A stretch of DNA of 64,000 nt from a virus. Made by a program: the position numbers and the translations under genes. Location of the stretch: the IMG/VR virus record IMGVR_UViG_3300045789_000711, positions 16,933 through 80,932 of that record; one strand, written 5' to 3'. Of the stretch, positions 18,495-27,556 are shown one piece after another (positions within the stretch are counted from its first letter, which is position 1; every line of letters begins with the position of its first letter). Below the pieces are notes generated by a model. The model made no database searches. It was not told the origin of the DNA and saw only the letters and a program-made list of their open reading frames with translations.

Positions 18495-19526
18495 TTATGC
18501 GCGGCTTCTAACAGCGCGAGTGATAACGGTTGCTGTCGCTTGGATAGAGGCCGGATTGTTGATCATCTTACCCGTCTCGCTCACACAAAAGTTAACCCAC
18601 TTGTCACGACGCCAAAATGTGTCATTGCGTAGCTTATCAAACAATTCAGGCTTGATGTCGCGTGTGATTGCAAAGTGGGCCAGTTCGGCCAGTGCCATAA
18701 GCGTGACATTGTGGCCCAGAACAAGCTCGGTTCTAAAGTCTTTGCCTGAGCCTGTAACGGTATAAGAGCGCATTAGGTAGCTGATGTTGATAGAAGAGAA
18801 TAGCGTGTTGGTGTAGTTCTCAAGCACGGCTAACGCTTCGCCTTTGTCCTCAACAAAAGACATCACTTTAAGGGCGAACGCCTTAAGGGCTTTGATTGAG
18901 TAAATCTTGTCTGACTTACCGGACACGGCATTTTTCTCATACTCGATAGCATTACCAATCACTGAGCGCTTCATGATGTTAACGATTTCTTGGTCGCGTT
19001 CACTGCGGTCATTGTACGTCATACAGATAGCGGCCGATGGCTTGGCCTGAGTAAAGTTGATGTCATGGAACGCTTGTTGGCGCTGCTTAAGCGTGAGGTT
19101 ATCAAATAGCATGATGCTTACCATTTGAGACGCAAAGTTAGCATCAACGTCGGCGCGCGCTAACAACTCTTTAATACCAGTTGCACGATGTTGGCCATCA
19201 AACAGCTTAACCAAAGCAGCCATAGGAATAGATAGCGTTCCGGTGTTTTCCATACCCGTAATAGGTGAGGCTGTGAACGTACACTCACTGCTAACGTGTC
19301 CAATCACCGGAGGGATGATGTAGAAGCCGTCTTTATTATCTTGGATGTAGTTAGCCACCTTTTTAGCGCGGATCTTGTTAACGATGCGCTGTGAACGCTC
19401 GTTAACGTCTTCGGCGTCGTCCAGTTTGAATAAGGCGGCAAGTGTTGAGAATGGGGCAATCGCTTGATAGAAAACTCGACCGTTTTGCATGCCGCGTAAG
19501 GCTGGGATATTAAAACAATAGTTCAT
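18495..19526 (-). CDS. dndB: DndB-like DGQHR-domain protein
   Basis: PALRGMQNG, RSQRIVNKIRA..VANYI, LFDGQHR, QQAFHDIN. Confidence 0.85.
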   Translation of the reverse strand: MNYCFNIPALRGMQNGRVFYQAIAPFSTLAALFKLDDAEDVNERSQRIVNKIRAKKVANYIQDNKDGFYIIPPVIGHVSSECTFTASPITGMENTGTLSIPMAALVKLFDGQHRATGIKELLARADVDANFASQMVSIMLFDNLTLKQRQQAFHDINFTQAKPSAAICMTYNDRSERDQEIVNIMKRSVIGNAIEYEKNAVSGKSDKIYSIKALKAFALKVMSFVEDKGEALAVLENYTNTLFSSINISYLMRSYTVTGSGKDFRTELVLGHNVTLMALAELAHFAITRDIKPELFDKLRNDTFWRRDKWVNFCVSETGKMINNPASIQATATVITRAVRSRA

Positions 19527-19721
19527 GGTGATACCTCAAAAGCAATAAAAAATAGGGATAGGCGTTGCCTGTTGAGTCGAATGCTAAGCGTTTCCCTGAA
19601 TTATCGCAATAGGTAAATATAGGTTTATATAGTTATTTATAGTCTTTTTAGGGAAAAGCCTAATAAATATAATTGATTGCTCGTTAGGGCGTTTTAAATT
19701 ACTCTTTGGTTATCTTGGCGC

Positions 19722-19757
19722 GTAACCGATTAACGAACCGTTATCGTAACCGTTACC
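19722..19757. promoter_or_regulatory. parA operator matching the downstream repeat array
   Basis: GTAACCGATTAACG at 19722-19735 is the exact reverse complement of the array core CGTTAATCGGTTAC. Confidence 0.7.
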
Positions 19758-19791
19758 CGCCTATTCTCGTATGGAAATAATGAGGTTCAAA

Positions 19792-20424
19792 ATGGCAATA
19801 GTCGTTGTAGCAAGTGGTAAGGGAGGTGTCGGTAAAACGGCGCTGGTTACTAACATATTTGAGAAGCTTGGCGCTTCTGCAATTATCGATACCGACGTTC
19901 ACGGCGGCTCAACGACAATGGACGGACTGCGGGAAGATAAGATCCCGTTCTTAGTCAGGGCCAAGACTGTTGCGGAGCTGGTACCGCTTTTAGAAATGGA
20001 CTCAACGGACAGAATAACGCTAATTGATTGCGGCGGCTTCGACGATGATTTAACCCGTGTCGCGTTAGCCAATGCCGATATGATCATCGCCCCAACGAAC
20101 GAGTCACCTATTGAGCGCGCGGCAATCAATAAGCTTAGTGGCATCATTGCAATGATTAGTGAAGAAGTAGGTCGAGAGGTTCGCGGCCATGTGCTGTATT
20201 GCCGATTCAATCAGAACAAGCGCAAGTTCGATAAGCTCGATGCAATGATAGAGTCGCTTGATAACATGACAACGCTAGATGTCACCATACCTAGCCACCA
20301 GTCTGTTATTGCTGCGTCAGAGTTCGGTGAAAGAGTTAAATCAGGTGTTATGCCTGTAAAGTATGACCGTCTAGTGTCAATCATTCACAACTATTTAATT
20401 GAAACAGGGGCGTATAAGCCATGA
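19792..20424 (+). CDS. parA: ParA-family Walker ATPase (type Ib, no N-terminal HTH)
   Basis: SGKGGVGKT, IIDTD, LIDCGG motifs; GAGG SD before ATG 19792. Confidence 0.9.
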   Translation: MAIVVVASGKGGVGKTALVTNIFEKLGASAIIDTDVHGGSTTMDGLREDKIPFLVRAKTVAELVPLLEMDSTDRITLIDCGGFDDDLTRVALANADMIIAPTNESPIERAAINKLSGIIAMISEEVGREVRGHVLYCRFNQNKRKFDKLDAMIESLDNMTTLDVTIPSHQSVIAASEFGERVKSGVMPVKYDRLVSIIHNYLIETGAYKP

Positions 20425-20741
20425 ACGAGCCAAAGAAAAGCATACTAACCCGTGTTGGCACCCCATCGGTAATAACGACAAGCCCACAAGTGAAGCGTGA
20501 TGTTGTGCTAACTGTTGGCAAGTCGTCACTAACCAGCCGCAAGCCAAGACCAAGAGATAAGGTTAAAGACGGCTGTGCTAACTACACGCTACGCAATTTA
20601 CCAAAGGCCAGCAAAGTACGTTATGACGATATTATCGCTGCAGGGCTGTTTCGAGAGAGCTATACCCAATTCATGCTTGATGCTATTGAGGAAAAGCTTA
20701 AGAAAATGGAACGCAAAATACAAAAAGAGGCGACTAAGTGA
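20421..20741 (+). CDS. ParG-like centromere-binding partner
   Basis: ATGA overlap with parA; disordered N-terminus and C-terminal RHH-like region (FMLDAIEEKL). Confidence 0.65.
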   Translation: MNEPKKSILTRVGTPSVITTSPQVKRDVVLTVGKSSLTSRKPRPRDKVKDGCANYTLRNLPKASKVRYDDIIAAGLFRESYTQFMLDAIEEKLKKMERKIQKEATK

Positions 20742-21020
20742 TATCTATTTTTAAGAGTGCGCTTAGGCGTTCTCTTGTGATGCAGATGAGTAAATATATT
20801 AATAAGCTTATCGTTGTTGTAATAGGTTTTTTAATAATATACGCCTCAAGTATTTATAATTATTTTAGTTCAACTTTTTGATTATAATTATTTTAAAACA
20901 AACCCGTTAACTCGGGTTTTTTATTGCCTTAATTTTAGTAACTAAAATCGCTGTAAGCTTATGTTTGTTAATGGTTAATACGCCTTTACTTGTTGCCTTT
21001 GTGTTTGTTTTTATGGCTTA

Positions 21021-21188
21021 TGTTTCGGCCCGTTAATCGGTTACGGTTTCGGCCCGTTAATCGGTTACTATTTCGGGCCGTTAATCGGTTACTATTCCGG
21101 CCCGTTAATCGGTTACTATTCCGGCCCGTTAATCGGTTACTGTTTCGGCCCGTTAATCGGTTACTGTTTCGGCCCGTTAATCGGTTAC
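21021..21188. repeat. 7 x 24-bp tandem array (candidate centromere)
   Basis: Unit TRTTYCGGCCCGTTAATCGGTTAC with no spacers, 280 bp downstream of the parA operon. Confidence 0.85.
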
Positions 21189-21692
21189 GTCACTTGTTGG
21201 TAATAACGCCCAATACCCGCCAGTAACCCGCCATAAACCCGCGTGTGTTTATTTCACAATTAATAGGTATATCGGGGGGGATATATCTATTTAATTAACG
21301 GCAATTATGGCCGGACATCCTAAAAGTGAACGTGGTGAAACACCGCGCGCGTGAAACACAATGGCAAAATTGTCAATGGTGTAATTGGTGATCTGGTGAT
21401 AATTAATAAAATGCGCCATTCCCTGTTTTATTGTTGCCTAGGTCAATAATTCATGAATGATATTTAGCGCGTCGCTACGTGAATACTTTAGATTCTGCTT
21501 GGCCATTGCACCCAAACATTTAAGCAGCGCATACATTAGGTTCAAGAATACCTATTCTAGAACCTAGGCGGTTCAAGCTTATAAAATAGGATACCTATTA
21601 AAAACAACGGCTTACGTCATAAAACACCCGCTTAACTGTCCTACTGAGCTTGACGCAAAACCCGCTATTGGGCCTTGTTTTTGGCCCTAACA

Positions 21693-21760
21693 GGTGAACC
21701 CACTTGAACCAACACGTTTACACGCGCATAATGGTCGAGTTAGTTCAATTGGGTTCAATT
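21693..21760 (+). promoter_or_regulatory. TA operon promoter and operator
   Basis: TTGAAC-N17-CATAAT flanked by TGAACC and GTTCAA inverted repeats. Confidence 0.6.
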
Positions 21761-21774
21761 AGAGAGGTGTCAAA

Positions 21775-22008
21775 ATGCAAATCAACTTACATGAAGCAAA
21801 AGCAAAATTGTCGGCGCTGGTCGAAATGAGTGTCGAGGGTGAAGAGGTGATCATCGCCAAGGCGGGAAAGCCACTTGCTCGATTGGTTCGTTATGAGAAA
21901 GTGCAGCAACCAAGAACGCTTGGCATATTGGCAGGCAAGATAATCATTCCTGACAACTTCAATGATGAAGACCAAGACATTAACGATATGTTCTACGGGG
22001 CCAAATAA
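21775..22008 (+). CDS. Phd/YefM-family antitoxin
   Basis: INLHEAKAKLSALVE...EEVIIAKAGKPLARLV. Confidence 0.9.
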   Translation: MQINLHEAKAKLSALVEMSVEGEEVIIAKAGKPLARLVRYEKVQQPRTLGILAGKIIIPDNFNDEDQDINDMFYGAK

Positions 22009-22394
22009 TGAGACGTATTTTACTCGATACCCATGCATTTTTATGGGCGCTTTCTGATGATGAGAGCCTAGGTGATGTTGCGGCAAGTATCATTATTAAC
22101 CCTGATAATCAGGTGTTTGTCAGTGCCGTTAGTATCTGGGAAGCTGGAATAAAAGTTAAACTAAACAAGCTGGTAGCGCCTGACAACCTTGATGAAGCTA
22201 TCCAGCTATTAGGCTGCAAAGAGCTACCTATAAGTGCGTTCCATGGCAAGCAAGCTGCCAAGTTGCCAATGCACCACGCGGATCCGTTTGACCGCCTGTT
22301 GATTGCTCAAGCTCAAGCTGAGGGGTTGGAGTTAATGACGTGTGATAGCGTGTTTCCCCTGTACGGGATACAGCTCATTGATGCCAAGCGATAG
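22008..22394 (+). CDS. vapC: VapC PIN-domain toxin
   Basis: LLDTHAFLW, SAVSIWE, HADPFDRLLIAQA, MTCD. Confidence 0.93.
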   Translation: MRRILLDTHAFLWALSDDESLGDVAASIIINPDNQVFVSAVSIWEAGIKVKLNKLVAPDNLDEAIQLLGCKELPISAFHGKQAAKLPMHHADPFDRLLIAQAQAEGLELMTCDSVFPLYGIQLIDAKR

Positions 22395-22442
22395 GGCCGT
22401 ATTAAGTTCCGCTTGTGAGCTATCCTATTAAGGTGTAGTATT

Positions 22443-22475
22443 ATTTCACAGTATCATAAAATGATACGGTGAAAT
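22443..22475. repeat. 33-bp near-perfect inverted repeat
   Basis: ATTTCACAGTATCAT-AAA-ATGATACGGTGAAAT (14 of 15 positions pair). Confidence 0.75.
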
Positions 22476-22528
22476 GTGGCAGTTTTCGTATTATCTCGGG
22501 TGAGATTTAACATTAGATGGAGTTTGCA

Positions 22529-23407
22529 ATGGTTGATAAACGTATTCAGTTCAGGGGTGTGTGTTGTGCTTGTGGCCGTGTTCATGCACTTAAGGGCGAT
22601 ATGATGGTGCAGCACGGTTATACCGTTGACTACGGGATGTTTAACGGCAGTTGCCAAGGCGTTGGCCATCCCCATTATGGCCATGTTGACGCGCCTAAAT
22701 ACCTTAAGCAATTGATTGAAGAGAGCCATGATTTATTGGCTAGATTGCCTGCAATGATAGCGTGTTGCCGTGATGATTTGGCTCGCGCCGAAGCTGCCTA
22801 TGAAAAAGCCAAGGCGATAAGCCGCACTGAGGGCCGTCAAGCGCTAGAGGCTCGCAATAATCTTAAAAATCAACTTAAGGCGTGTATGTATGCCCTTAAT
22901 GGTGGCGTAAAAGCTTCTATTGATATGTATGAAAAAATGCATAAAGAATGGGTTCAGGTTGAGCCGATGGAAGTTGATTTAGTGGTTGAAGCTGCAGAGC
23001 AACGCGCCGCGCGTAAAGCGCTTGCCGATGCTAAGAAGCAGGCCAAAGCCGACGAGCAAGCCGCCAAGAAACGAGTTGCGGAAGAGCGTGAAGCCAAGGC
23101 TAATGAAAAGTTGGCCGCGCGCATGGCTGAGTTAGCGGCAGGGGCTTATTGTCGCCTGTATTATCGCGGTAAGTTGGTCAAAGAGTTTAAGCAATCTTTC
23201 GAGGATGAGCGCTCATTACTCAATGCTTATCACAGTACCCGCCAAGAGCATTACCTGACTATTTTCCCTGACACTAGCGAGCTGAATTGGAACTTAGGTA
23301 GTTACTTTTTTGAAGCTAGAGATAAGCCTGATGGTAAGGGTAAGCGCCTAGAGCATTATCTTCTTGGCGGCACCCCAAAGAGTTATTTCGAGGTTGATTG
23401 GGATTAA
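22529..23407 (+). CDS. hypothetical protein (N-terminal CxxC-H-C zinc motif plus coiled coil)
   Basis: GVCCACGR...HGY...CQG; GGAG SD. Confidence 0.7.
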   Translation: MVDKRIQFRGVCCACGRVHALKGDMMVQHGYTVDYGMFNGSCQGVGHPHYGHVDAPKYLKQLIEESHDLLARLPAMIACCRDDLARAEAAYEKAKAISRTEGRQALEARNNLKNQLKACMYALNGGVKASIDMYEKMHKEWVQVEPMEVDLVVEAAEQRAARKALADAKKQAKADEQAAKKRVAEEREAKANEKLAARMAELAAGAYCRLYYRGKLVKEFKQSFEDERSLLNAYHSTRQEHYLTIFPDTSELNWNLGSYFFEARDKPDGKGKRLEHYLLGGTPKSYFEVDWD

Positions 23408-23432
23408 GTTAGGCCAGCTAGTTTAAGTCATT

Positions 23433-23460
23433 CCCGCCGCCAGCAAGTGCTGGTGGCTTC
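23433..23460 (+). repeat. intergenic Chi-containing hairpin, copy 1
   Basis: CCCGCCGCCAGCAAGTGCTGGTGGCTTC. Confidence 0.7.
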
Positions 23461-23476
23461 ATTTTTTGGAGGTTTT

Positions 23477-23761
23477 ATGTCAGTTCAAGTTAATGTAAAC
23501 GGTAGAGTAAAGCAGTTCGACTATCTTACCTATGAGGCTAGTGGCCGTGGTGATTTCAATGTGCATGGCTGGGGTACCTATGATCGTAACTCAGTGTTAG
23601 CGGGACAGCCTAAAAAGCAGTTTATCGACACGCTCGATACAATCGAAGAGATCGAAGCGAACTATCCTGATGCCACGGGTAGCAACAAGTTTATGCAGCC
23701 TCAAAACAGCTACAATCATTTGCCTGATACCCAAGATGGCTATGATTGGGATGGTATCTAA
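23477..23761 (+). CDS. hypothetical protein
   Basis: GGAGG SD before ATG 23477. Confidence 0.7.
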   Translation: MSVQVNVNGRVKQFDYLTYEASGRGDFNVHGWGTYDRNSVLAGQPKKQFIDTLDTIEEIEANYPDATGSNKFMQPQNSYNHLPDTQDGYDWDGI

Positions 23762-23782
23762 CCTCGTTAATTAACCAATCTA

Positions 23783-23810
23783 CCCGCCACCAGCAAGCGC
23801 TGGTGGCTTC
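23783..23810 (+). repeat. intergenic Chi-containing hairpin, copy 2
   Basis: CCCGCCACCAGCAAGCGCTGGTGGCTTC; 26 of 28 nt identical to copy 1. Confidence 0.7.
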
Positions 23811-23826
23811 TTTGTGAGATATAGCC

Positions 23827-24045
23827 ATGACGTCAGACCTAAGAACACCAATCGAATTAAGACCGCTACGCCCTAACGAATGTCGTGTGTGTGGCATAGA
23901 GCATAAGCCGGAAGCGCCGCACGTACTTGACTCACTCTATTATGAGACTGAGTTTTACCACGAGCATGGCCGTCAAGTGACGATGCAAGATGCCGTTGCG
24001 CATTGTTCTGATAGCGTAAAAGCTAAGTACCTTAAGGGGGAATAG
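23827..24045 (+). CDS. small Cys/His-rich protein
   Basis: CRVC...H....PH...AHC. Confidence 0.6.
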   Translation: MTSDLRTPIELRPLRPNECRVCGIEHKPEAPHVLDSLYYETEFYHEHGRQVTMQDAVAHCSDSVKAKYLKGE

Positions 24046-24591
24046 ATGATCTCATTAGACCGCTTTAACCCTGACTTATTACCCGTCATTAAGCCGTTCA
24101 CGGGTGCCGATGTCGTCGCGCTACGTGAGGCTATTGGTGTTAGCCAGTCAGTGCTGGCCCTTATCTTTAATGTGTCAGTATCAACGGTGAGAAAGTGGGA
24201 ATATAGCGCCGAGAGTAATGCGCTCAAAGGTGGTGATCTGCTTATTGCTAACCAGTTGGCCAGCCAAGGCCTATCAGGCTATTTGCATGGCACGGTTAAC
24301 GAGGGTGTTAGCTTTGACATTAAAGAGGCTATCTATTCAGTGCTAGCTAATTGTTCCGGCCAGTCTGGTGATCGTGTTGTTGTGAAGATGGACGCTATTA
24401 ATGAGCTTAAGGCGAGTATGGGGCTGCGTTCCGTTGCCGATAGTCCGTCTATGATGATTAGACAAGAAAGGGCCAAGGCGCTGGGCGTGTTCGCTGCACA
24501 AGTGGGTGAGCTGATAGCCGCCTCTTCTACGGTTGAAGAGATTAAAGCCGGATTCAACGATTTATTAATTAACAAAAGCACAGAGATTTAG
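24046..24591 (+). CDS. XRE/HigA-like HTH regulator
   Basis: LREAIGVSQSVLALIFNVSVSTVRKWE. Confidence 0.8.
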   Translation: MISLDRFNPDLLPVIKPFTGADVVALREAIGVSQSVLALIFNVSVSTVRKWEYSAESNALKGGDLLIANQLASQGLSGYLHGTVNEGVSFDIKEAIYSVLANCSGQSGDRVVVKMDAINELKASMGLRSVADSPSMMIRQERAKALGVFAAQVGELIAASSTVEEIKAGFNDLLINKSTEI

Positions 24592-24602
24592 GGGCGTTAA
24601 AA

Positions 24603-25121
24603 ATGGATTTAAACCTTATTACAATAGCTAACGATGGCCAGATGCTAGTTGATACGAACTACTTTGATTCTGAGCCTGCAAAACATGGTTATACCTATCT
24701 TAGCTGGAACGTGGGCGCAATGCGTTTGCTGGTACCGGATCATTGCCATCACTTCTTGGAAGAAATGAAAACAGGTAAGCACATCACGGTATGTTATGGC
24801 CCGTTTGATGATTTTGAATCGCCTGATATGGCTAAGTTTGCTGCTGAGTTGGATGCACTGGCCACGGGTGAGGCTGATGAGGATATGACGCGCGGCTTTA
24901 ATGGCAACGGTTTTGACATCGTGTTTGATGATGATACAGAAGCGCCGTTTTCAATCATTACGCATTCAGCGTTGAGTGATCGCATTATGCCAGCCAGCGA
25001 TGGTCATTTTATGATGCCCGTACACATCTACACGCGCTTAGGCTTAATGATGACAATGCAAGGCTACTACATTCCGGTAGATAAAATCCCTGCAGGCATT
25101 CCCCAGATAGACGTTGCTTAA
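24603..25121 (+). CDS. conserved hypothetical plasmid protein
   Basis: TNYFDS....G..YLSWN.GA.RLLVP motif; GGGG SD. Confidence 0.65.
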   Translation: MDLNLITIANDGQMLVDTNYFDSEPAKHGYTYLSWNVGAMRLLVPDHCHHFLEEMKTGKHITVCYGPFDDFESPDMAKFAAELDALATGEADEDMTRGFNGNGFDIVFDDDTEAPFSIITHSALSDRIMPASDGHFMMPVHIYTRLGLMMTMQGYYIPVDKIPAGIPQIDVA

Positions 25122-25164
25122 CCAAAACAACTATTGGCAGTAGTTTGATTAACCGGAGGGCTTG

Positions 25165-25785
25165 ATGGCCTGTGTTAGAAGTATGCCGCCTCAGACGAAA
25201 GAGGCCTGCAGAAAGATACTTTCAGAAGTAGATAAGATTAATCCTGTTATCGCGCTCATGCTTGAGTTCTCGGCGTTAACAGGGCTTAGGTATAGCGACG
25301 TATCCCGTTTGAAGTTTACGGACTTGATGGTCAATGGTGTGATCCGCGACTCGATAGTTGTTATCCAAGTAAAGGCGTTCAATAAGCGTATAGCTGCAGG
25401 CATTAAAGCTGCAGTGGCCAAAGACCGCTCTAAGGTGACAATCTTTATTAACGAGCAGTGTAAGGCCGTGATAGAGGATGCATTGAGACTGGCCAATGAT
25501 GATGCCAAGAAGCTAGCATTTGAGTCGTCCATTCGTGCTGGTATGCCGTACTCGGCCCAGTACGTTAACCGGATACTTAAGGTTGTGGCTGTGAAGCTAA
25601 AACTTAACTTTGCATTGTCTACACATAGCTTTAGAAAGGCGTTCGCGCTCTTCTTGATCAACAACAATGCTCGCATACATCAAGTGCGTGATGCGCTTGG
25701 TCAATCGTCGCTTTCATCTACTGATGCCTACCTACAAACCTTTATGTCAGATCATGAAGCGTTAGTGTCAAAAGTTGGCTTTTAG
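25165..25785 (+). CDS. tyrosine recombinase (catalytic domain only)
   Basis: TGLRYSD, STHSFRK, LGQSS...TDAYL. Confidence 0.9.
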   Translation: MACVRSMPPQTKEACRKILSEVDKINPVIALMLEFSALTGLRYSDVSRLKFTDLMVNGVIRDSIVVIQVKAFNKRIAAGIKAAVAKDRSKVTIFINEQCKAVIEDALRLANDDAKKLAFESSIRAGMPYSAQYVNRILKVVAVKLKLNFALSTHSFRKAFALFLINNNARIHQVRDALGQSSLSSTDAYLQTFMSDHEALVSKVGF

Positions 25786-25938
25786 TCAAACTCAATAGCG
25801 CTGCAGCCTGTAGCGCTATTTTCAATCAAATCGTTAAAAAAACAGCACTAGCCCTAAAATTTGACAAGTGCTATAACTTACATCCTAACAAGGTTGCGTT
25901 ATTATTGTTTGCAGTAACGAAAGGTTATATCTGGAGAT

Positions 25939-26631
25939 TTGACATTGAATAAAGAGCTAAAGCCAGTGTATGAGAATGGGTTGTGGCGCATTGATAACGA
26001 GTTTATAAAAGCTGATAGGCTTGAATCGCTTAAAGAGCTTAATGAAGCTATCAGGCACATAGAAGCTAAAACGCTTGCAGCCAATAACGCTATCGCTGGT
26101 GGCCTTTATGCTGCAGATATAATGCTTAGGTTGCCTGAGTATCGATTACCCCGCTTAAATTTGTATTCCCGTAACGGCCTAATTACCCCAGAACGCGCGT
26201 GGAAGATAGCCCGTGATACATGGATTAATCTTGATAAGGTTTACCCGTATCGTGACGGCTGGTTAGCTTTCTTTGCTGCCATGATGCCGACTCGTGATCT
26301 CTTCATGACGCCAAAAGAGTTAGAACACTTGGCCATGCTTCCTGATGAAATCAAAATATACCGTGGCTATGACCGTGCGCTAAGTCGTGCAGGCATTAGC
26401 TGGTCAATGAGTAAGATGATTGCGTCACAGTATGCAAAGCGTTTTAAGTCTAAGAAGCTGGCCCAAGGCTTAGTTAAGAAAGCTGATGTCGTGGGTTACA
26501 TTACGGCCCGTGGCCATCATGAGATAGTGTTGCGTTCGGAATTGGCAGTATTAAATCAACGGGCAGTGAATACCGTTCGCGGTGATGAGGCTATGCGCTG
26601 GTTAATGCTTGGTGATGGTCAGTTCTTATAG
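25939..26631 (+). CDS. putative ADP-ribosyltransferase-fold protein (R-S-E type)
   Basis: IKIYRG...GISWS...RGHHEIV; GGAG SD before TTG; ACATCCTAAC upstream at 25880. Confidence 0.55.
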   Translation: MTLNKELKPVYENGLWRIDNEFIKADRLESLKELNEAIRHIEAKTLAANNAIAGGLYAADIMLRLPEYRLPRLNLYSRNGLITPERAWKIARDTWINLDKVYPYRDGWLAFFAAMMPTRDLFMTPKELEHLAMLPDEIKIYRGYDRALSRAGISWSMSKMIASQYAKRFKSKKLAQGLVKKADVVGYITARGHHEIVLRSELAVLNQRAVNTVRGDEAMRWLMLGDGQFL

Positions 26632-26656
26632 TTCGACGCCCTACCCCAGAAAGAAC

Positions 26657-26684
26657 AAAAGCCCTCTACGAATAGAGGGCTTTT
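26657..26684. terminator. intrinsic terminator
   Basis: AAAAGCCCTCTA-cgaa-TAGAGGGCTTTT. Confidence 0.85.
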
Positions 26685-26944
26685 GCATTTTTGGCAGTAG
26701 TCGCGGATCGGGTAATCCTTGATTACGGGAAGAAGATTAAACAAAAGCGTGGTTGCTGTCCAGTTCAGGACAAAAAAAAGCCCAAACCAAAATAAAGCGG
26801 TCTGGGCTACCTGTAGTCAGTTTCTAAGGGACAGAGAAGAAACAGGGCTACCTAATACAACACAACTAATCGACGTTAATATCCTAACAATTTGATCTTA
26901 AGAAAGCTAGATAGCTACCATTTAGTTTTTTTAAGGGCTTCGTT

Positions 26945-27556
26945 ATGAGTGATACGCGCATTATCGCGGTGAGCCTTGCTGTTAAGGCTACGCCGCTTGT
27001 TGCTATGGCAACGGCCACCAGCAACGCTTTACATATTATTTCAATTGAAAAGCTACCTCGCAACGTCGCAAAAATTAAAGAGCGATTAGCAGAGCTTAAG
27101 GCTAAAGCTTCCGAGGTCGGTGCTGAGTTGGTGATTGAGGATCAATCGGGCCTGCTTTCCGGTTTTGGTCGGCCGCTTCGATTAGATGGTAAGGGTATCA
27201 ACGGGCAACCTGTTTTAGTTGAAGCAATGGAGCGCTACAACGCATTAACCAATGTTGGTGCCATAACGTACCCAGAGCAAAACAAATCCAGCATGACGCT
27301 ATCTAGAAGCCTTTATAACATCAAGCATTCTGATGGTGGCTCGGTGTCATACGTTATCGACTGGGAACAACTGCGCGACGAGCAACGAGTGATGCTTATC
27401 TGCTTGCATGCCGCCTTATGCCAGAGCGTATTCAATACCGGATTTATTGACCAGATGTTTGCTCATGCTGCCCCAGTGCGCCTGCTTGAGTCGGACGATA
27501 GCAAGCCTAACCCAAGAGTTAATCTTGGTAATGGCGGCAAGGTGGTACTGCTATGA
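26945..27556 (+). CDS. hypothetical protein heading the tail operon
   Basis: 203 aa, ATGA-coupled to the next gene. Confidence 0.7.
   Translation: MSDTRIIAVSLAVKATPLVAMATATSNALHIISIEKLPRNVAKIKERLAELKAKASEVGAELVIEDQSGLLSGFGRPLRLDGKGINGQPVLVEAMERYNALTNVGAITYPEQNKSSMTLSRSLYNIKHSDGGSVSYVIDWEQLRDEQRVMLICLHAALCQSVFNTGFIDQMFAHAAPVRLLESDDSKPNPRVNLGNGGKVVLL

Noticed and set aside
21021-21188. CRISPR array
   Set aside because: Units are contiguous with no unique spacers, and no cas genes are present
20990-21226. 78-aa ORF (FRPVNRLL)n
   Set aside because: TTG start without SD; it is open only because the 24-bp repeat has no stop in that frame
21721-21750. dif/cer-like Xer site (GCGCATAA...)
   Set aside because: Poor XerD arm; better explained as the -10 box of the TA promoter
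22505-22532. XerD-like arm ATTTAACATTA
   Set aside because: No matching XerC arm at 6-8 bp spacing
26690-26880. tRNA or structured ncRNA in this intergenic gap
   Set aside because: Only an imperfect hairpin with an A-tract was seen; no cloverleaf or T-loop signature (a minus-strand sRNA cannot be excluded)
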